Part shown: positions 32,121 through 42,885 of the stretch, in pieces | Layout of the letters: each line of letters opens with the position of its first letter | How positions within the stretch are numbered: the first letter of the stretch is position 1 | Assembly (NCBI GenBank): GCA_965116025.1 | Contig: OZ220480.1 | Span: 320,001-384,000, forward strand | Length of the DNA stretch: 64,000 bases | Source: an uncultured candidatus Porisulfidus sp. | Lineage (GTDB): Bacteria; Pseudomonadota; Gammaproteobacteria; Poriferisulfidales; Poriferisulfidaceae | Reading direction: 5' to 3' | Program-made: the position numbers and the translations under genes | The notes under the pieces: model-generated | Database searches by the model: none | What the model saw: only the letters and a program-made list of their open reading frames with translations | Told to the model about the DNA's origin: nothing

Positions 32121-33500
32121 CTAGGCCAGAACCTGTAGCATCTCTTCACGCCGGGTGAACTTCTCCCGCGGCTTGCCCTTGGACTCGCCTCGGCTAATCT
32201 CCTCCGCGTCAATCCGTCGCCATTCCGCGAAATTCACGCTACGCACGTCACGTTCGGACAGCAGCTGGGCCAACGCGTCCGACCCCGGGCGGTCCGCGGG
32301 GAGGCTGGACAGGTCGTCTTTCAGAGATTCGACCGTTTGGACCGCGCAAGCGCGGTTGGTCCCGATAATTCCAGATGGACCGCGCTTGATCCAGCCAGCC
32401 GTGTAGAGGCCCGGCGCCACCGCTCCATCCGGGCCATCGGTGATCCGGCCTTCTTGGTGGGGGAAGACGCCCCAGGAATCATGGAACGGAACGCCCTTAA
32501 TAGGAACGCCACGGTAACCGATAGAACGAAACAGCAACCCGCACTCCAGCTCCTCGGTCTCGCCGGTGCCTGATGCGCGTTGCGAGAACGGCCCGCCCGA
32601 CAGTTCGTTGCGCTCCAAGACGACACGCTCGATCCCGCCGTCTCCCTCAATACGGATCGGGCTACGGCAGAACATCATGCGGCAGGTTCGGGGCTTGCCA
32701 TGTTCCGACTCTTCCGCCATCTTCTCGAAAATCGCCATGTTCTTGGCGGCCACCGCGCCGAGCTTCTTATCCCCAACCTCGGCCTGGCTAGCCTCATTGA
32801 GCGCGAGCTCTCTGGAGTCGATAACCGCCTGGCAGTTTTCCAGTTCCAGAAACTCGCGCAACTCCTTGGTCGTGAATTTCGCCTGCGCCGGGCCACGGCG
32901 ACCGATGACGGCGATCATCCGGATCCGGCTTTCCGCCAGCTCGTCCAAGGCATGCTGGGCGATATCGGTATGCTTGAGCTCATCCACCGATTTGGAGAGG
33001 ATGCGCGCCACGTCGGCCGCGACGTTTCCTTGCCCGATGATCGCGGCAGTCTCATGCGAGAAATCGAACTCGCGGTCGCGGTAGTCCGGGTGTCCGTTGT
33101 ACCAGCCGACGAATTCCGTCGCGGTGTGGCTGCCGGCGAGGTCCTCGCCCTCAATCCCCAAGCGGCGGTCCGTCTCGGCGCCACAGGTATAGATCACGGC
33201 GTGGTAGATGTCACGCAGCTCTTGGGGGGCGACATCCTCGCCGACCGTCACGTTGCCGAAGAAGCGAAAACCCTCAAGCGTGGCGATTCTCTCGTAGACC
33301 TTGATCGACTGCTTGAGCTTTGGGTGGTCCGGCGCGACGCCGCTGCGAACCAAGCCGTAGGGAGAAGGCAAGCGCTCGATAAGGTCAACCCGAACCTCGA
33401 GTTCGGATTTCAGCAGGGCTTCGGTAGCGTAGAAGCCACTGGGCCCGGCACCAACGATCACGACCCGCAGGGGCGCGGCCTCTGTCCCCAATTGGCTCAT
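32121..33500 (-). CDS. Ferredoxin-NADP+ reductase, adrenodoxin reductase/FprA type
   Basis: GAGPSG, PYGLVRSGVAPDH, FVGWYNGHP, GQGNVAAD, GWIKRGPSG. Confidence 0.92.
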   Translation of the reverse strand: MSQLGTEAAPLRVVIVGAGPSGFYATEALLKSELEVRVDLIERLPSPYGLVRSGVAPDHPKLKQSIKVYERIATLEGFRFFGNVTVGEDVAPQELRDIYHAVIYTCGAETDRRLGIEGEDLAGSHTATEFVGWYNGHPDYRDREFDFSHETAAIIGQGNVAADVARILSKSVDELKHTDIAQHALDELAESRIRMIAVIGRRGPAQAKFTTKELREFLELENCQAVIDSRELALNEASQAEVGDKKLGAVAAKNMAIFEKMAEESEHGKPRTCRMMFCRSPIRIEGDGGIERVVLERNELSGGPFSQRASGTGETEELECGLLFRSIGYRGVPIKGVPFHDSWGVFPHQEGRITDGPDGAVAPGLYTAGWIKRGPSGIIGTNRACAVQTVESLKDDLSSLPADRPGSDALAQLLSERDVRSVNFAEWRRIDAEEISRGESKGKPREKFTRREEMLQVLA

Positions 33501-33503
33501 GGA

Positions 33504-33809
33504 TCAGAATCCCAGAGCGGTCTTGCGCTCATCCGCTCCCGGCAACGGATCCATCTTGTCTTCCAGCACTGGGAGATCAGGAGCCCGTTCGGCGTTAATC
33601 TCGATCCACTCTTGCTTGTCTTCCGGCAGATCGTCCTCCTCGTAAATCGCCTGGACCGGGCATTCCGGGATGCAGGCGCTGCAGTCGATGCAGACATCCG
33701 GGTCGATGTACAGCATCTCGTCGTCATAATGGAAGCACGCGACGGGGCAAACCGTTACGCAGTCCGTATAGCGGCAACCTTTGCAGTTGTCGGTCACGAT
33801 CGTGGTCAT
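33504..33809 (-). CDS. fdxA: 7Fe/8Fe ferredoxin (FdxA-like)
   Basis: CKGCRYTDCVTVCP and CIDCSACIPECP. Confidence 0.9.
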   Translation of the reverse strand: MTTIVTDNCKGCRYTDCVTVCPVACFHYDDEMLYIDPDVCIDCSACIPECPVQAIYEEDDLPEDKQEWIEINAERAPDLPVLEDKMDPLPGADERKTALGF

Positions 33810-33990
33810 GAAAAGAAGCTCCTCGGTATGGTGAATCCAGCTCGTCCGCCAAAGGCGGACGAGCGTCTAGAAATTATTATAACGGAAGGCGCCCCAGCAC
33901 CGGGGCGAACGGCGCCCCCCTAGCCCTCGTCCATGTCGTTCCCGGAATCCGCTGCGCTCGCGCGCGAATTCCACGTCCGTCAAGCGGCCT

Positions 33991-34992
<1,002 letters not shown>

Positions 34993-35227
34993 TCAGCTCG
35001 CGACAGGGCTTGTTGACGGTATCCTTCGGCTCCAACCCACACGCCCCACGCTCGCGAATCGCCTAGAAAATGCGGCGACGCGATCAATCCGCTTCTGGTG
35101 TCATGCGGATTCTTCCGCCGCGCCTCGGCATGGGCGAATTCTGGTGGCGAAATCGACTTTCTCGAGTTCGCCACGGCCAAGGATCTACGAGCCGCGCGGA
35201 AACCGCTCTTTCCCGAATGGCGCGGGG

Positions 35228-36040
35228 CTAGCGCGAATCGAACACGAGGATTTCTCCCCGGTTCTCCTCCACGCTATCGCCGCAATAGCGCCGGTAGCGT
35301 CCTCCCATGTAGACATCGTCGAGGTCGAAGCCGCTCTGCGCGATATGGCACAAGTAGAACCGGAGGAACGTGGGCCGCAACCAGCAGGAGTAGGAGAACG
35401 TCGGGAGCAACTCCACCGGCTGGAACGAGACGATCGTGCCGCGGATCATGCCCGCGCCCGGGCGGGCGCCCATGCCGCCCATCACGATGATGGTTCCGGC
35501 GCGCATGTTGACGCCGGCGAAATCGCCGGCCGACCCGCCCACCGCGATCAGTCCCCGGCGCATGGCCGAGCCCAGCTCGTTCTTGACGTCGCCATGAATC
35601 AGGATCTCCCCGCCCAGGATTCCGACGCGCTGGCCCCGGTAGGCGCTGCCCACCATGTGGCCAGCGTCACCCATCACCTCGATCCGGCCTCCGCTCATCT
35701 CCGGGCCCACCCAATCGGACGCGTCTCCGGAGACCCGGATCGTCCCCCCAGACATGCCGACGCCCAAGTGCATGCCGGCGGAGCCGTTCACGAGGATCTC
35801 GCCTTCCGTCATCCCGGCGCCGATGTACTTGACTCGTGACAGGTCGCCTTCCAGGCGGAGCGAGGACTGGCCGTTCCCGGTCACCCGAAAGAAGTCCCCG
35901 ACCCGGACCTTGCGGTTGCCATGCATCATCTCGAGGTTCTCGATCCCCGATTGCGACAGCCCCTTGATTTTCGCCGGGCTCAGGCACTCCGCCTCGAGCG
36001 GGACCTCCGGCGCGGTGACCAGTTCCAGCTCGGTCGGCAT
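35228..36040 (-). CDS. fwdC: Formylmethanofuran dehydrogenase subunit C (FwdC/FhcC)
   Basis: GXGXG beta-helix repeats (GAGMTEGEI, GVGMSGG) and VPLEAECLSP. Confidence 0.9.
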   Translation of the reverse strand: MPTELELVTAPEVPLEAECLSPAKIKGLSQSGIENLEMMHGNRKVRVGDFFRVTGNGQSSLRLEGDLSRVKYIGAGMTEGEILVNGSAGMHLGVGMSGGTIRVSGDASDWVGPEMSGGRIEVMGDAGHMVGSAYRGQRVGILGGEILIHGDVKNELGSAMRRGLIAVGGSAGDFAGVNMRAGTIIVMGGMGARPGAGMIRGTIVSFQPVELLPTFSYSCWLRPTFLRFYLCHIAQSGFDLDDVYMGGRYRRYCGDSVEENRGEILVFDSR

Positions 36041-36042
36041 GA

Positions 36043-36936
36043 TCAGGCGCTCTCCAGCAATTCGTAAAGGCCGAATTTGTGCTGGCCGAGCGTTCCGCCG
36101 TAGTTGCCCGCGCTGACGTAGTCCACGCCGCGCGCCGCGGCCGCCCGGATCCCCCGGCGCATGGCCTCGCGCAAAGCATCCTCCGTGAGCCCATTGACGA
36201 CGACCTCGTACACCGCCGCGATGCCTTCCGGCAACATTGTATGCTTCACGCGTCCGCGCAGGGTCGGGCAGTAGGCCTCGTTGGTGGAGGCGATCAGACT
36301 CTTGTAGCGCGATCCCACCTTGCTTCCGGAGCCGACCACCCCTTGCGGGAACGGCAGAAACACGCCCGCCACGTGGCGCATCGCCTCCGCCGCGTCCGAC
36401 GCGGCGCGCAGCGCGACCTGTCCGCTCTTGCCCAGCATCAGCAGATTGCCTCCTCCGATGGCGGGCTGCACCCCGAAGACGTCGTCCACCAGGAACTCGC
36501 CGCCCATGATCGGGATTCTCCAGAATCTCCGATCACCGACCACCTTCGCGATCTGGTGTCCGTCTCCGAAGAACCGCAGGCGCTGGCCGACCGGCACGAC
36601 GGTCTCCCCCGCGAGCCCGTTGTAGCAAGCGGTCGTCGGGCAGGTCATCACGCATTGCCCGATGCGCTCGACCAAGCGCGCGCTCATGTCCTTCTCGCTC
36701 ATCGCGAACAGCAGCACGCTGATCCCCGGGCGCAGGTCCGGCGTGTCGGTATCGGGAATCTCGCACTCCACGGCCGCCTCGCACTTGCAACGGATCACGG
36801 AGGTGGCGAATCCGGTGATGGACTGCGCCGCGGCGCGCGCCCAACTCTTGGTGGCGGCGGTGATGATGACGCGCGCGCCCCACATGCCGAAGGCCTCGGC
36901 GAACGTGTCGACCACCTCGGTCTTGCCGATCCTCAT
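36043..36936 (-). CDS. ftr: Formylmethanofuran-H4MPT formyltransferase (Ftr/FhcD)
   Basis: DTFAEAF, GFATSVI, RIGQCVMTCPTT, SGSKVGS, SAGNYGG. Confidence 0.95.
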   Translation of the reverse strand: MRIGKTEVVDTFAEAFGMWGARVIITAATKSWARAAAQSITGFATSVIRCKCEAAVECEIPDTDTPDLRPGISVLLFAMSEKDMSARLVERIGQCVMTCPTTACYNGLAGETVVPVGQRLRFFGDGHQIAKVVGDRRFWRIPIMGGEFLVDDVFGVQPAIGGGNLLMLGKSGQVALRAASDAAEAMRHVAGVFLPFPQGVVGSGSKVGSRYKSLIASTNEAYCPTLRGRVKHTMLPEGIAAVYEVVVNGLTEDALREAMRRGIRAAAARGVDYVSAGNYGGTLGQHKFGLYELLESA

Positions 36937-38597
36937 TTCCGCTTGCCGTCCGGGTCGCGTGGCGGAATGACCTCATGGTCGTGAAGATAGGAGGCGTCCA
37001 CCCGGTAGTTGTTGAACTGGATCGAGTAGTAGTCCTCGAAGAACGGCCGGATCTGGTCCTCGATCACGGAGTCGTAACTGGGCTCCGTGTGCAGAAATCG
37101 CCCAGTATGGTCCGCGACGAACTCGTGGTTCTCGATGATCATCTTGCCGGCCTTGATCACGTAGCGCGGAGCGTTGAACATCGCCTCGCGGTCCTCCTCG
37201 TCCGTGTAGACCGTGACATCGGCGTCCGCCCCAACCCCCAAGTGCCCCTTGTTCGCAAGGCCCAGCGCCCGGGCCGGAGCCGCGCGCGTGATGATGGCGA
37301 TCTCCGACAGGGTGTATTCCCGGTCCAGCTGCGGCAACAGGCTGTTTCGGATGGCCTTCTGGTTGACCCGCTTCATCATCTCGGTTCGATATCCCCGGTC
37401 CATCAGCAGGCGGATCACCTTCGGGTAGGTCACGAAGGAGGCGCCGTTCGGATGGTCGGTCGAGAACATCACGCGCCAAGGGTCTTGGGACAGCAGGAAC
37501 AGCTCTAGCCCGATCGCCCACTGCATGGAGTGCGTGTAGCTCGTGTCCTGATAGCTGAACGGCATGACCCCGCAACCGCTCTCGCACTCCGTGTCGGCGT
37601 TCACCCACTTGGCGTCCTTGTGCCGCAGCATCCAGGTCAGCGGAGCGTCCGCGGTCATGGCCGTAGCCTTGCCGAACATCACCATGCCGATGTCGGCCGT
37701 GAGATTCTCATGAGTGTTGAGGTAGTCGATGATGGGTTCCGATCCCGTCTTGACGCGTCCCCCGAGCTCGCCCGCGTAGCTATGGAACTGGACGTGCGCG
37801 ATGTGCGCCCGATGTCCCTCGGCCGCCTTCATCGTGTCCAGCGTGGTCCGGTAGTTGCCGCTGTGCCCCAGGTTGTTGCAGTGGACGTGCGCCGGATGGG
37901 GGAGATTCAGCTCGTCCACCGCCTCGATGAAAGCGTTAGTGACCTGAAGCGGGGTCAAGTCGAACGGGTCGATCTGCTCGTTGACGTCGGTCACGTTCTC
38001 GTTGCGCTTCCCCTTCCAGAACTCGTCGCTGCCGGCGTTGACCAGCTTGACTCCGGCGGCCCGGGCCGCCGTCACCCACCAGGCGATAGCGTTCTTGAAG
38101 TCCCGCTTGCGTCCCTGCTTGAGCAGGTCGTACAGGAACATGTTGTTGCCGAGCAAGACGTAGAAGCCCTTGTCGATCACCGGAGTGTCGTGGAATTCCT
38201 CGATGACGTGGCGCGCCGCCAGCGGCGGCACGGCGGCGTCGAACGCCGTGGTGTAGCCCAGCGCGGCGTAGCGGTAGCCGGTGGCGAACGTCGACGGCGT
38301 GACCCCGCCGACCCCGGACCGAGTCACGTCGGTGCCGGGGTGGACGTCGAGGCGGTGGTCCTCCGGCTGCAGCTTGCGCGAGAGGTTGACCTTGGGCCCG
38401 GCGATGTGGCAATGGATGTCGACGGCGCCCGGCATGACCACCATGCCGTGCGCGTCGATGGTTCGCGCCGAATCGGAGACCTTGTCCACGACGCGCCCGT
38501 CGCGGATAAGGATGTCGCGGACATCGCCGTCCACGCCATTGGCCGGATCGTAGACCCTTCCGCTTTTGATGCGAAGTTCCACGCCCTTCTCAGCCAT
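36933..38597 (-). CDS. fwdA: Formylmethanofuran dehydrogenase subunit A, amidohydrolase (FwdA/FhcA)
   Basis: DIHCH, KLVNAG, HVHCNNLG, HVQFHSY, STDHPNG metal-ligand motifs. Confidence 0.95.
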   Translation of the reverse strand: MAEKGVELRIKSGRVYDPANGVDGDVRDILIRDGRVVDKVSDSARTIDAHGMVVMPGAVDIHCHIAGPKVNLSRKLQPEDHRLDVHPGTDVTRSGVGGVTPSTFATGYRYAALGYTTAFDAAVPPLAARHVIEEFHDTPVIDKGFYVLLGNNMFLYDLLKQGRKRDFKNAIAWWVTAARAAGVKLVNAGSDEFWKGKRNENVTDVNEQIDPFDLTPLQVTNAFIEAVDELNLPHPAHVHCNNLGHSGNYRTTLDTMKAAEGHRAHIAHVQFHSYAGELGGRVKTGSEPIIDYLNTHENLTADIGMVMFGKATAMTADAPLTWMLRHKDAKWVNADTECESGCGVMPFSYQDTSYTHSMQWAIGLELFLLSQDPWRVMFSTDHPNGASFVTYPKVIRLLMDRGYRTEMMKRVNQKAIRNSLLPQLDREYTLSEIAIITRAAPARALGLANKGHLGVGADADVTVYTDEEDREAMFNAPRYVIKAGKMIIENHEFVADHTGRFLHTEPSYDSVIEDQIRPFFEDYYSIQFNNYRVDASYLHDHEVIPPRDPDGKRK

Positions 38598-38633
38598 GGA
38601 GGCCGTTCCCCATCTCCCAGTTTGGTGAAAAGA

Positions 38634-39992
38634 TTACGCCGCCTTCTTATGGCCCTTCGACCGGCGTTCCTTCAGGCGAGAGTAAATCCCGTTCAGGACC
38701 TCCTCGTCCGTCGGAAACGGGGAATCGAAGGCCGGGCGCAAGGTGATCGGCACGTCGTCCATGCGGTACACGGTGCCGCCGGTGTTGATCCCGTAGGTGG
38801 CGACCATGAACGCGACTCGGGCCTGGCGACTGGTGTAGGTCGGCTTGGCGTCCAGAGAGATCACCGGGATGCGCTTCAGACGCTCGATCGCGCGCTTCGG
38901 GAAGTTCGAGGCGGGGTCCGTGGCGATCATCAGCGCCGCGTCGGCGTCGCCGCGCGCCAGCAGATCCACGGTGGTGAACTCGCCTGGGTTGAAGCGCGGA
39001 TAGCCACGGTGAAAGTTGACTCCGAACGGGTAGCCGGTCTGCCACGACACCACGTTGTCGGCCCCGGTGACGTTGCCGTGCCCGCGCACCGGCTTGGCGA
39101 CGAAATGGGTGTGCTTGTTCAGGTCAGTGGCCAGCGCCAGCAACGCGCCCGAGTTGAAATGGCGCCCACGGGTCATGGTCAGCCCCATGCCGAAGAACAG
39201 CACCCCGTAGTTGCAGCTCTTCATGCGTTCCACCAGATCGTCCAGAGTCGCGCGCGACACGCCCGTGATCTCCTCGATGTCGGCGTGGACGTCGCGCCCA
39301 CGCACCCGGGCGCGCAGGGCCCAGAGCAACTCGAAGTCGCGCCCAGGCTTGACCCGCACGACCTGGTCCGCGACCGGCGCGCTGGGCGTCTTGCGCACGT
39401 CGACCAGCACGACGTGGCGGTCCTTCTTGCCGTTCGGGATGTAGCGCCCTTTCGGCGTGACGGTGTAGCGCGTGAAATGCCTAGGATGGGACTCGGCTGG
39501 GTTGCCGCCCCAGTAAATGACCAGATCGGCGCGGTTCTTGACCTCGCCCAGCGTCGCCGTGCTCTCGCCGACGCCCTGGAAGGCGATCCCGGACGGGCCG
39601 TGGCACACCGAGGTGGTGGTGTCGATGTTGCCGCGGATCAGATCGTTGATGGCCACCGCCACGCGCTGCGCCTCGCACGGCGAGTCGCTCAGCCCATAGG
39701 TGATCGGAAACTTCGCCTCGCTCAGGACGCGCGCCGCCTCGTCCATCGCCTCCTCCAGCGGAACCTCGCGCCCATCGATCATCGCCTGCGGATGATCCTC
39801 TATGCCGTGCTGCAGGAACCAGGCGCGCCCGAGGACGCAAGCGTTCTTGGCTTTCGTGATCCGGTTCGCCTCCAGATCGACGGTCAGCTCCATATCATCG
39901 CAGACGCACCCGCAGAACGTGCAGGTGGCGTCCTTGACGACGCGGGTCGCGGGCGGGGCCGCGGCGGCCTCGGGGGGCGTGGTCTCGCTCAT
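38634..39992 (-). CDS. fwdB: Formylmethanofuran dehydrogenase subunit B, Mo/W-pterin type
   Basis: CTFCGCVCDD...NAC, SVCHGPS, GEVKNRAD, HPRH, RGHGNVTG. Confidence 0.93.
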   Translation of the reverse strand: MSETTPPEAAAAPPATRVVKDATCTFCGCVCDDMELTVDLEANRITKAKNACVLGRAWFLQHGIEDHPQAMIDGREVPLEEAMDEAARVLSEAKFPITYGLSDSPCEAQRVAVAINDLIRGNIDTTTSVCHGPSGIAFQGVGESTATLGEVKNRADLVIYWGGNPAESHPRHFTRYTVTPKGRYIPNGKKDRHVVLVDVRKTPSAPVADQVVRVKPGRDFELLWALRARVRGRDVHADIEEITGVSRATLDDLVERMKSCNYGVLFFGMGLTMTRGRHFNSGALLALATDLNKHTHFVAKPVRGHGNVTGADNVVSWQTGYPFGVNFHRGYPRFNPGEFTTVDLLARGDADAALMIATDPASNFPKRAIERLKRIPVISLDAKPTYTSRQARVAFMVATYGINTGGTVYRMDDVPITLRPAFDSPFPTDEEVLNGIYSRLKERRSKGHKKAA

Positions 39993-40016
39993 GGAATCGG
40001 CACGCTCGTCAGGGCC

Positions 40017-40370
40017 TCAGTCGGCGCCCAGGCGCTCCACCTCCACCATCATCTGCTTCGACATCGGCATGCCGGAGCCCGCCGTGTCGCTCTCCATCAG
40101 CTCGCTGGAGCACGGGCCGTACGGGATGAAGATCATGTCGTCCGGAAGATCCGCGTCCTTGCGCGCCTTCCCGCATTTCACCTCCACCTTGCCAGTGGCG
40201 CAGGACAAGCGCACCCGGTCTCCGGCGGAGATCCCGAGCCGGCGCATGGCGCTCTCGCTCATCTCGATGGTTGAGGTGACATCCTGATACTCATCCTTGA
40301 GTTTCCCGGCGTTCAGGGAAGTTCCCTGCTTGCTCGACCGTCCGGGTATCAGCATCATCCGTTCCGCCAC
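40017..40370 (-). CDS. fwdD: FwdD-like molybdopterin dinucleotide-binding subunit
   Basis: LIPGRSSKQG, IFIPYGP, DTAGSGMPMSK; first gene of the operon. Confidence 0.85.
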   Translation of the reverse strand: MAERMMLIPGRSSKQGTSLNAGKLKDEYQDVTSTIEMSESAMRRLGISAGDRVRLSCATGKVEVKCGKARKDADLPDDMIFIPYGPCSSELMESDTAGSGMPMSKQMMVEVERLGAD

Positions 40371-40405
40371 TGGCGCAGCCTCGCCGTGATTTCAGGGGGA
40401 AGAGA

Positions 40406-40411
40406 ATTATA
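40406..40411 (-). promoter_or_regulatory. Putative -10 box of the fwd operon
   Basis: TATAAT on the minus strand 35 bp upstream of fwdD in a GC-rich context. Confidence 0.45.
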
Positions 40412-40461
40412 CCCCAAGCCCGCGCGCGCCACGGCGAGACTCCCACGGATTCACCATCCCA

Positions 40462-41640
40462 TCAAAGACGCTCCCGCCGCAAGGCCGCTCGCCGCGCCGT
40501 GAGCCATCCGACCAGCATCCCCGCCAGGGCGACCGCCGCCGCGACGTGAAACGTCGCCGCGGGCCCGAAGTCTTCCCAAAGCGCCCCGCTGATCAAGCTG
40601 CCCAGAGCCGCGCCCACGCCGTAGTTGAGAGACAGGTACAGAGCCTGACCCCGGCTCTGAAACCGGCCGGGGAACAGCTGGTGAATGAGACGCATGGAGA
40701 CGGTATGGTAGGTGCCGTAGACCACGGCATGCAGCAGCTGGGCCGCCAGCAGCGCCGGCCACAGGTCTGGAAAATTCCCGAGCAGAGCCCAGCGAACCGC
40801 CGCGAAAAAGAACGCGGCCGCGAATAGGAGACGCGCCGAATAGCGATCCAGCCTTCGCGCCAGATACAGGAACACGGCGATCTCGCCGAGCACCCCGACC
40901 GACCACAGCGCGGCCAGACTGTAGATCGGATAGCCGTGGTCTTCCACGTAAATGGAGAAGAACGCGTAGAACGGTCCATGGCTGGCCTGCATCAGGACGA
41001 ACGCCGCCAGAAGCCCCAGCACGGGCGGATGGCGAATCAGGCTGACCAACGTGATGTGAGGCGAATGCTCGCGCCTCTGGGGCCGGCCGGTCAGCGTCAG
41101 GCTGACCAGCCATAGCCCGAAATGGCAGAAAAACCAGCCTAGCGGAATGAGCCGCATGGCGTCGGCCTCCGCGTGAAACAGAGCGGTCGAGAGAATGACG
41201 CAGGAAAAGATGAAGCCGGTCGACCCCCACGCCCGAACGCGCATGTAGGTGTAGCGCGGAGTCGCCTGCCGCTCCAGGTGCGTCAGCGTGAGACCCTCGA
41301 CCAGCGGCAACGAGGCGCACCAGAAAAAGCTGGACGCCAGCATCAGCAGGGCCATCCCGCGAAAGTCGCTGGCCCAGAGCGTCCCCAGCGCGGCCACCAT
41401 GCCCCCCAGCGTGGCGAGCCACACCAGCGGGACCCTGCGCCCGGTATGGTCCGCCAGCCAACCCCAGACGTTCGGCGCCACGACGCAAGCCGCCATCGCC
41501 ACCGCCATCAACTGCCCGATCTCGACCGCGCTGAACCCCAAGGACCTCCAGTAAAGCGGCCAGAATGGAAGAAACACGCCGAGAGCGGCGTAGTACAGAA
41601 AATAAAAGCCGGAGAACCGGCCGTACAGGAACGGGGTCAC
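40462..41640 (-). CDS. MFS transporter (HcaT/nucleoside permease-like)
   Basis: LPFWPLYW, WGWLADHTGRR, RVRAWGSTGF; about 12 TM segments. Confidence 0.88.
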   Translation of the reverse strand: MTPFLYGRFSGFYFLYYAALGVFLPFWPLYWRSLGFSAVEIGQLMAVAMAACVVAPNVWGWLADHTGRRVPLVWLATLGGMVAALGTLWASDFRGMALLMLASSFFWCASLPLVEGLTLTHLERQATPRYTYMRVRAWGSTGFIFSCVILSTALFHAEADAMRLIPLGWFFCHFGLWLVSLTLTGRPQRREHSPHITLVSLIRHPPVLGLLAAFVLMQASHGPFYAFFSIYVEDHGYPIYSLAALWSVGVLGEIAVFLYLARRLDRYSARLLFAAAFFFAAVRWALLGNFPDLWPALLAAQLLHAVVYGTYHTVSMRLIHQLFPGRFQSRGQALYLSLNYGVGAALGSLISGALWEDFGPAATFHVAAAVALAGMLVGWLTARRAALRRERL

Positions 41641-41653
41641 GCGCCGGGGAAGT

Positions 41654-42730
41654 CTAGGGCGCCGCCGCGCCGTCGCCGCACTGGGCGCGATGGCGCAAGG
41701 CCTGGTCCATCAAGGTCAGCGCCAGCATAGCCTCGGCGATCGGCACGGCGCGCAGGCCCACGCAGGGATCGTGGCGCCCCTTCGTCACCACCTCCACCGC
41801 CTCCCCCTTCCGGTTGATCGAGCGTCCCGGGATCCGGATGCTCGAGGTCGGCTTGAAGGCCAACGCGACTCGCAAGTCCTGCCCGGTGCTCACGCCCCCC
41901 AGGACGCCGCCGGCGTGGTTCGACAGGAAGCCTTCCGGCGCGATCTCGTCGCGGTGCTCGCTGCCGCGCTGCCCGACCACGGCGAAGCCGTCCCCGATCT
42001 CCACCGCCTTGACCGCGTTGACGCTCATCATCGCCTGGGCCACCATGGCGTCCAGGCGCTCGAAGACCGGCTCGCCCCAGCCGGCCGGCAGGCCGGTCGC
42101 CTCCACCTCCACCCGGGCGCCGATCGAGTCGCCCGCCCGGCGCAGGTCGTCCATGAACCGCTCCAGCTCGGCGATTCTTCCGGGCTCCGGAAAGAAAAAC
42201 GGATTCTCCTCGACCGCCGCCCAGTCCGTGGTCTCGGCGCGGATCGGGCCGACCTGCCGGACGCATCCGCGAATCTCCACCCCGTGGCGCTCGCGCAGCC
42301 ACTTCCGGGCCACTCCTCCGGCGGCCACCCGGGTCGCGGTCTCCCGCGCGGAGGCCCGCCCCCCTCCGCGCGGATCGCGGATTCCGTATTTTCTTTGGTA
42401 GGTGTAGTCCGCGTGCCCCGGGCGGAAGCGCTCGCGCAGGTCCGCGTAGTCTTTGGAGCGAGCGTCCTGGTTCTCGATCACCAGCGCGATCGGGGTCCCG
42501 GTCGTCTTTCCCTCGAAAACCCCGGAGAGGATTCGGACCCGATCCGGCTCGCGCCGCTGACTGGTGTGCCGGGTCTGGCCTGGCCGGCGGCGGTCCAAGT
42601 CGCGCTGCAGGTCGGCCTCCTCGAGCTCCAGGAGCGGCGGGCAACCGTCGATGACGCAGCCGATGGCGGGGCCATGGCTTTCGCCGAAAGAGGTGACGGC
42701 GAACAGAGAGCCGAAGGTGTTGCCCGTCAT
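41654..42730 (-). CDS. aroC: Chorismate synthase
   Basis: [30 protein letters not shown]. Confidence 0.98.
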   Translation of the reverse strand: MTGNTFGSLFAVTSFGESHGPAIGCVIDGCPPLLELEEADLQRDLDRRRPGQTRHTSQRREPDRVRILSGVFEGKTTGTPIALVIENQDARSKDYADLRERFRPGHADYTYQRKYGIRDPRGGGRASARETATRVAAGGVARKWLRERHGVEIRGCVRQVGPIRAETTDWAAVEENPFFFPEPGRIAELERFMDDLRRAGDSIGARVEVEATGLPAGWGEPVFERLDAMVAQAMMSVNAVKAVEIGDGFAVVGQRGSEHRDEIAPEGFLSNHAGGVLGGVSTGQDLRVALAFKPTSSIRIPGRSINRKGEAVEVVTKGRHDPCVGLRAVPIAEAMLALTLMDQALRHRAQCGDGAAAP

Positions 42731-42787
42731 GGTCCGGGATTCTACACCGCCCCGCCGCGAAACCGCGATCCGGGCCCGGATCGCGTC

Positions 42788-42821
42788 CTGTCATACGCTC
42801 GTTACAAGTCTCGCTTTTAAT
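42788..42821 (+). promoter_or_regulatory. Pho box and -10 upstream of pstS
   Basis: CTGTCAT-ACGC-TCGTTAC (11-bp period), then 10 bp, then TTTAAT, the geometry of PhoB promoters. Confidence 0.65.
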
Positions 42822-42885
42822 GCGGCGCGCGAACGGGGTCATCCCCGCCAAACCCATCGATAAAGCCTAGAGGATCTAACACATA

